Below, piece by piece: positions 6,520 to 6,942 of a stretch of DNA of 6,942 nt. The notes under the pieces were generated by a model. It did not search any database, was not told the origin of the DNA, and saw only the letters and a list, made by a program, of their open reading frames with translations. The stretch comes from Octopus sinensis (lineage: Eukaryota), in the NCBI RefSeq assembly GCF_006345805.1, contig NW_021829186.1:1-6942 (forward strand), given 5' to 3'. Within the stretch, counting starts at the first letter, position 1. Each line of letters opens with the position of its first letter. The translations under genes and the position numbers were made by a program.

Positions 6520-6942
6520 TATCATTTATTTCAAATTACTTAATCATTGGTATTTTATTGTTATTTTAATTTTAATATTTCTATTATATGTAATTTTCTA
6601 GATGGTGTAATTCAATTGTTTATTATGAATTGATAAAAGGTTTTTTTACATATATATATATCGTGTGAAATTTGATTTATTATTTCTAAATTGAATTTTT
6701 TTCCCTCTACTTTAGGATTAATATTCCCTCAAATAATTATTATATATATTTATACTCACATATACATTCATACTTATATATATAAATCTATGTAATTTCT
6801 AGCTACACCTTTTATAAAAATCAAACTTGTAAGGGGCGGAATTATATTACCAAACTGTTTGTATAACATAATAAAAATCAGTGAAAAATTCAATACAATA
6901 TTTATTTCTAGGCTGAGAAATCACAATAAATTTTTCCACCTA

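Noticed and set aside
6696-6942. Plus-strand splice acceptors at ~6715 and ~6911
   Set aside because: Pyrimidine-tract AGs are common in AT-rich DNA. The first leads into low-complexity sequence, and the second has only 31 nt before the window edge.
1-6942. CRISPR array or prokaryotic defence system
   Set aside because: No regularly spaced repeat-spacer units and no operon-like coding density. The sequence is clearly eukaryotic repeat-rich DNA.

Overview
AT-rich, repeat-dominated eukaryotic DNA. The SINE and MITE families and the very high microsatellite density match, from recall only, coleoid cephalopod (Octopus-type) genomes. No host protein-coding gene can be confidently supported, and most of the supplied ORFs are translations of microsatellites. 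Supportable content: (i) at least seven copies or fragments of two tRNA-head SINE families; (ii) a ~216-bp mariner-derived non-autonomous element with TIRs and the transposase C-terminus; (iii) the 5' end of a hAT-like (probably hATm) DNA transposon on the minus strand, with a terminus, an apparent TATA/Inr promoter, a putative 5'UTR intron and ~117 uninterrupted N-terminal transposase codons whose frame stays open through an antisense SINE; (iv) an unclassified ~410-bp MITE with ~30-bp TIRs, into which a SINE inserted with a perfect 15-bp target-site duplication; (v) many compound microsatellites. I see no solid evidence of a new biological system. The best leads are the transposase-SINE chimeric ORF, the nested MITE, and a hairpin with A.C mismatches over a candidate splice acceptor.
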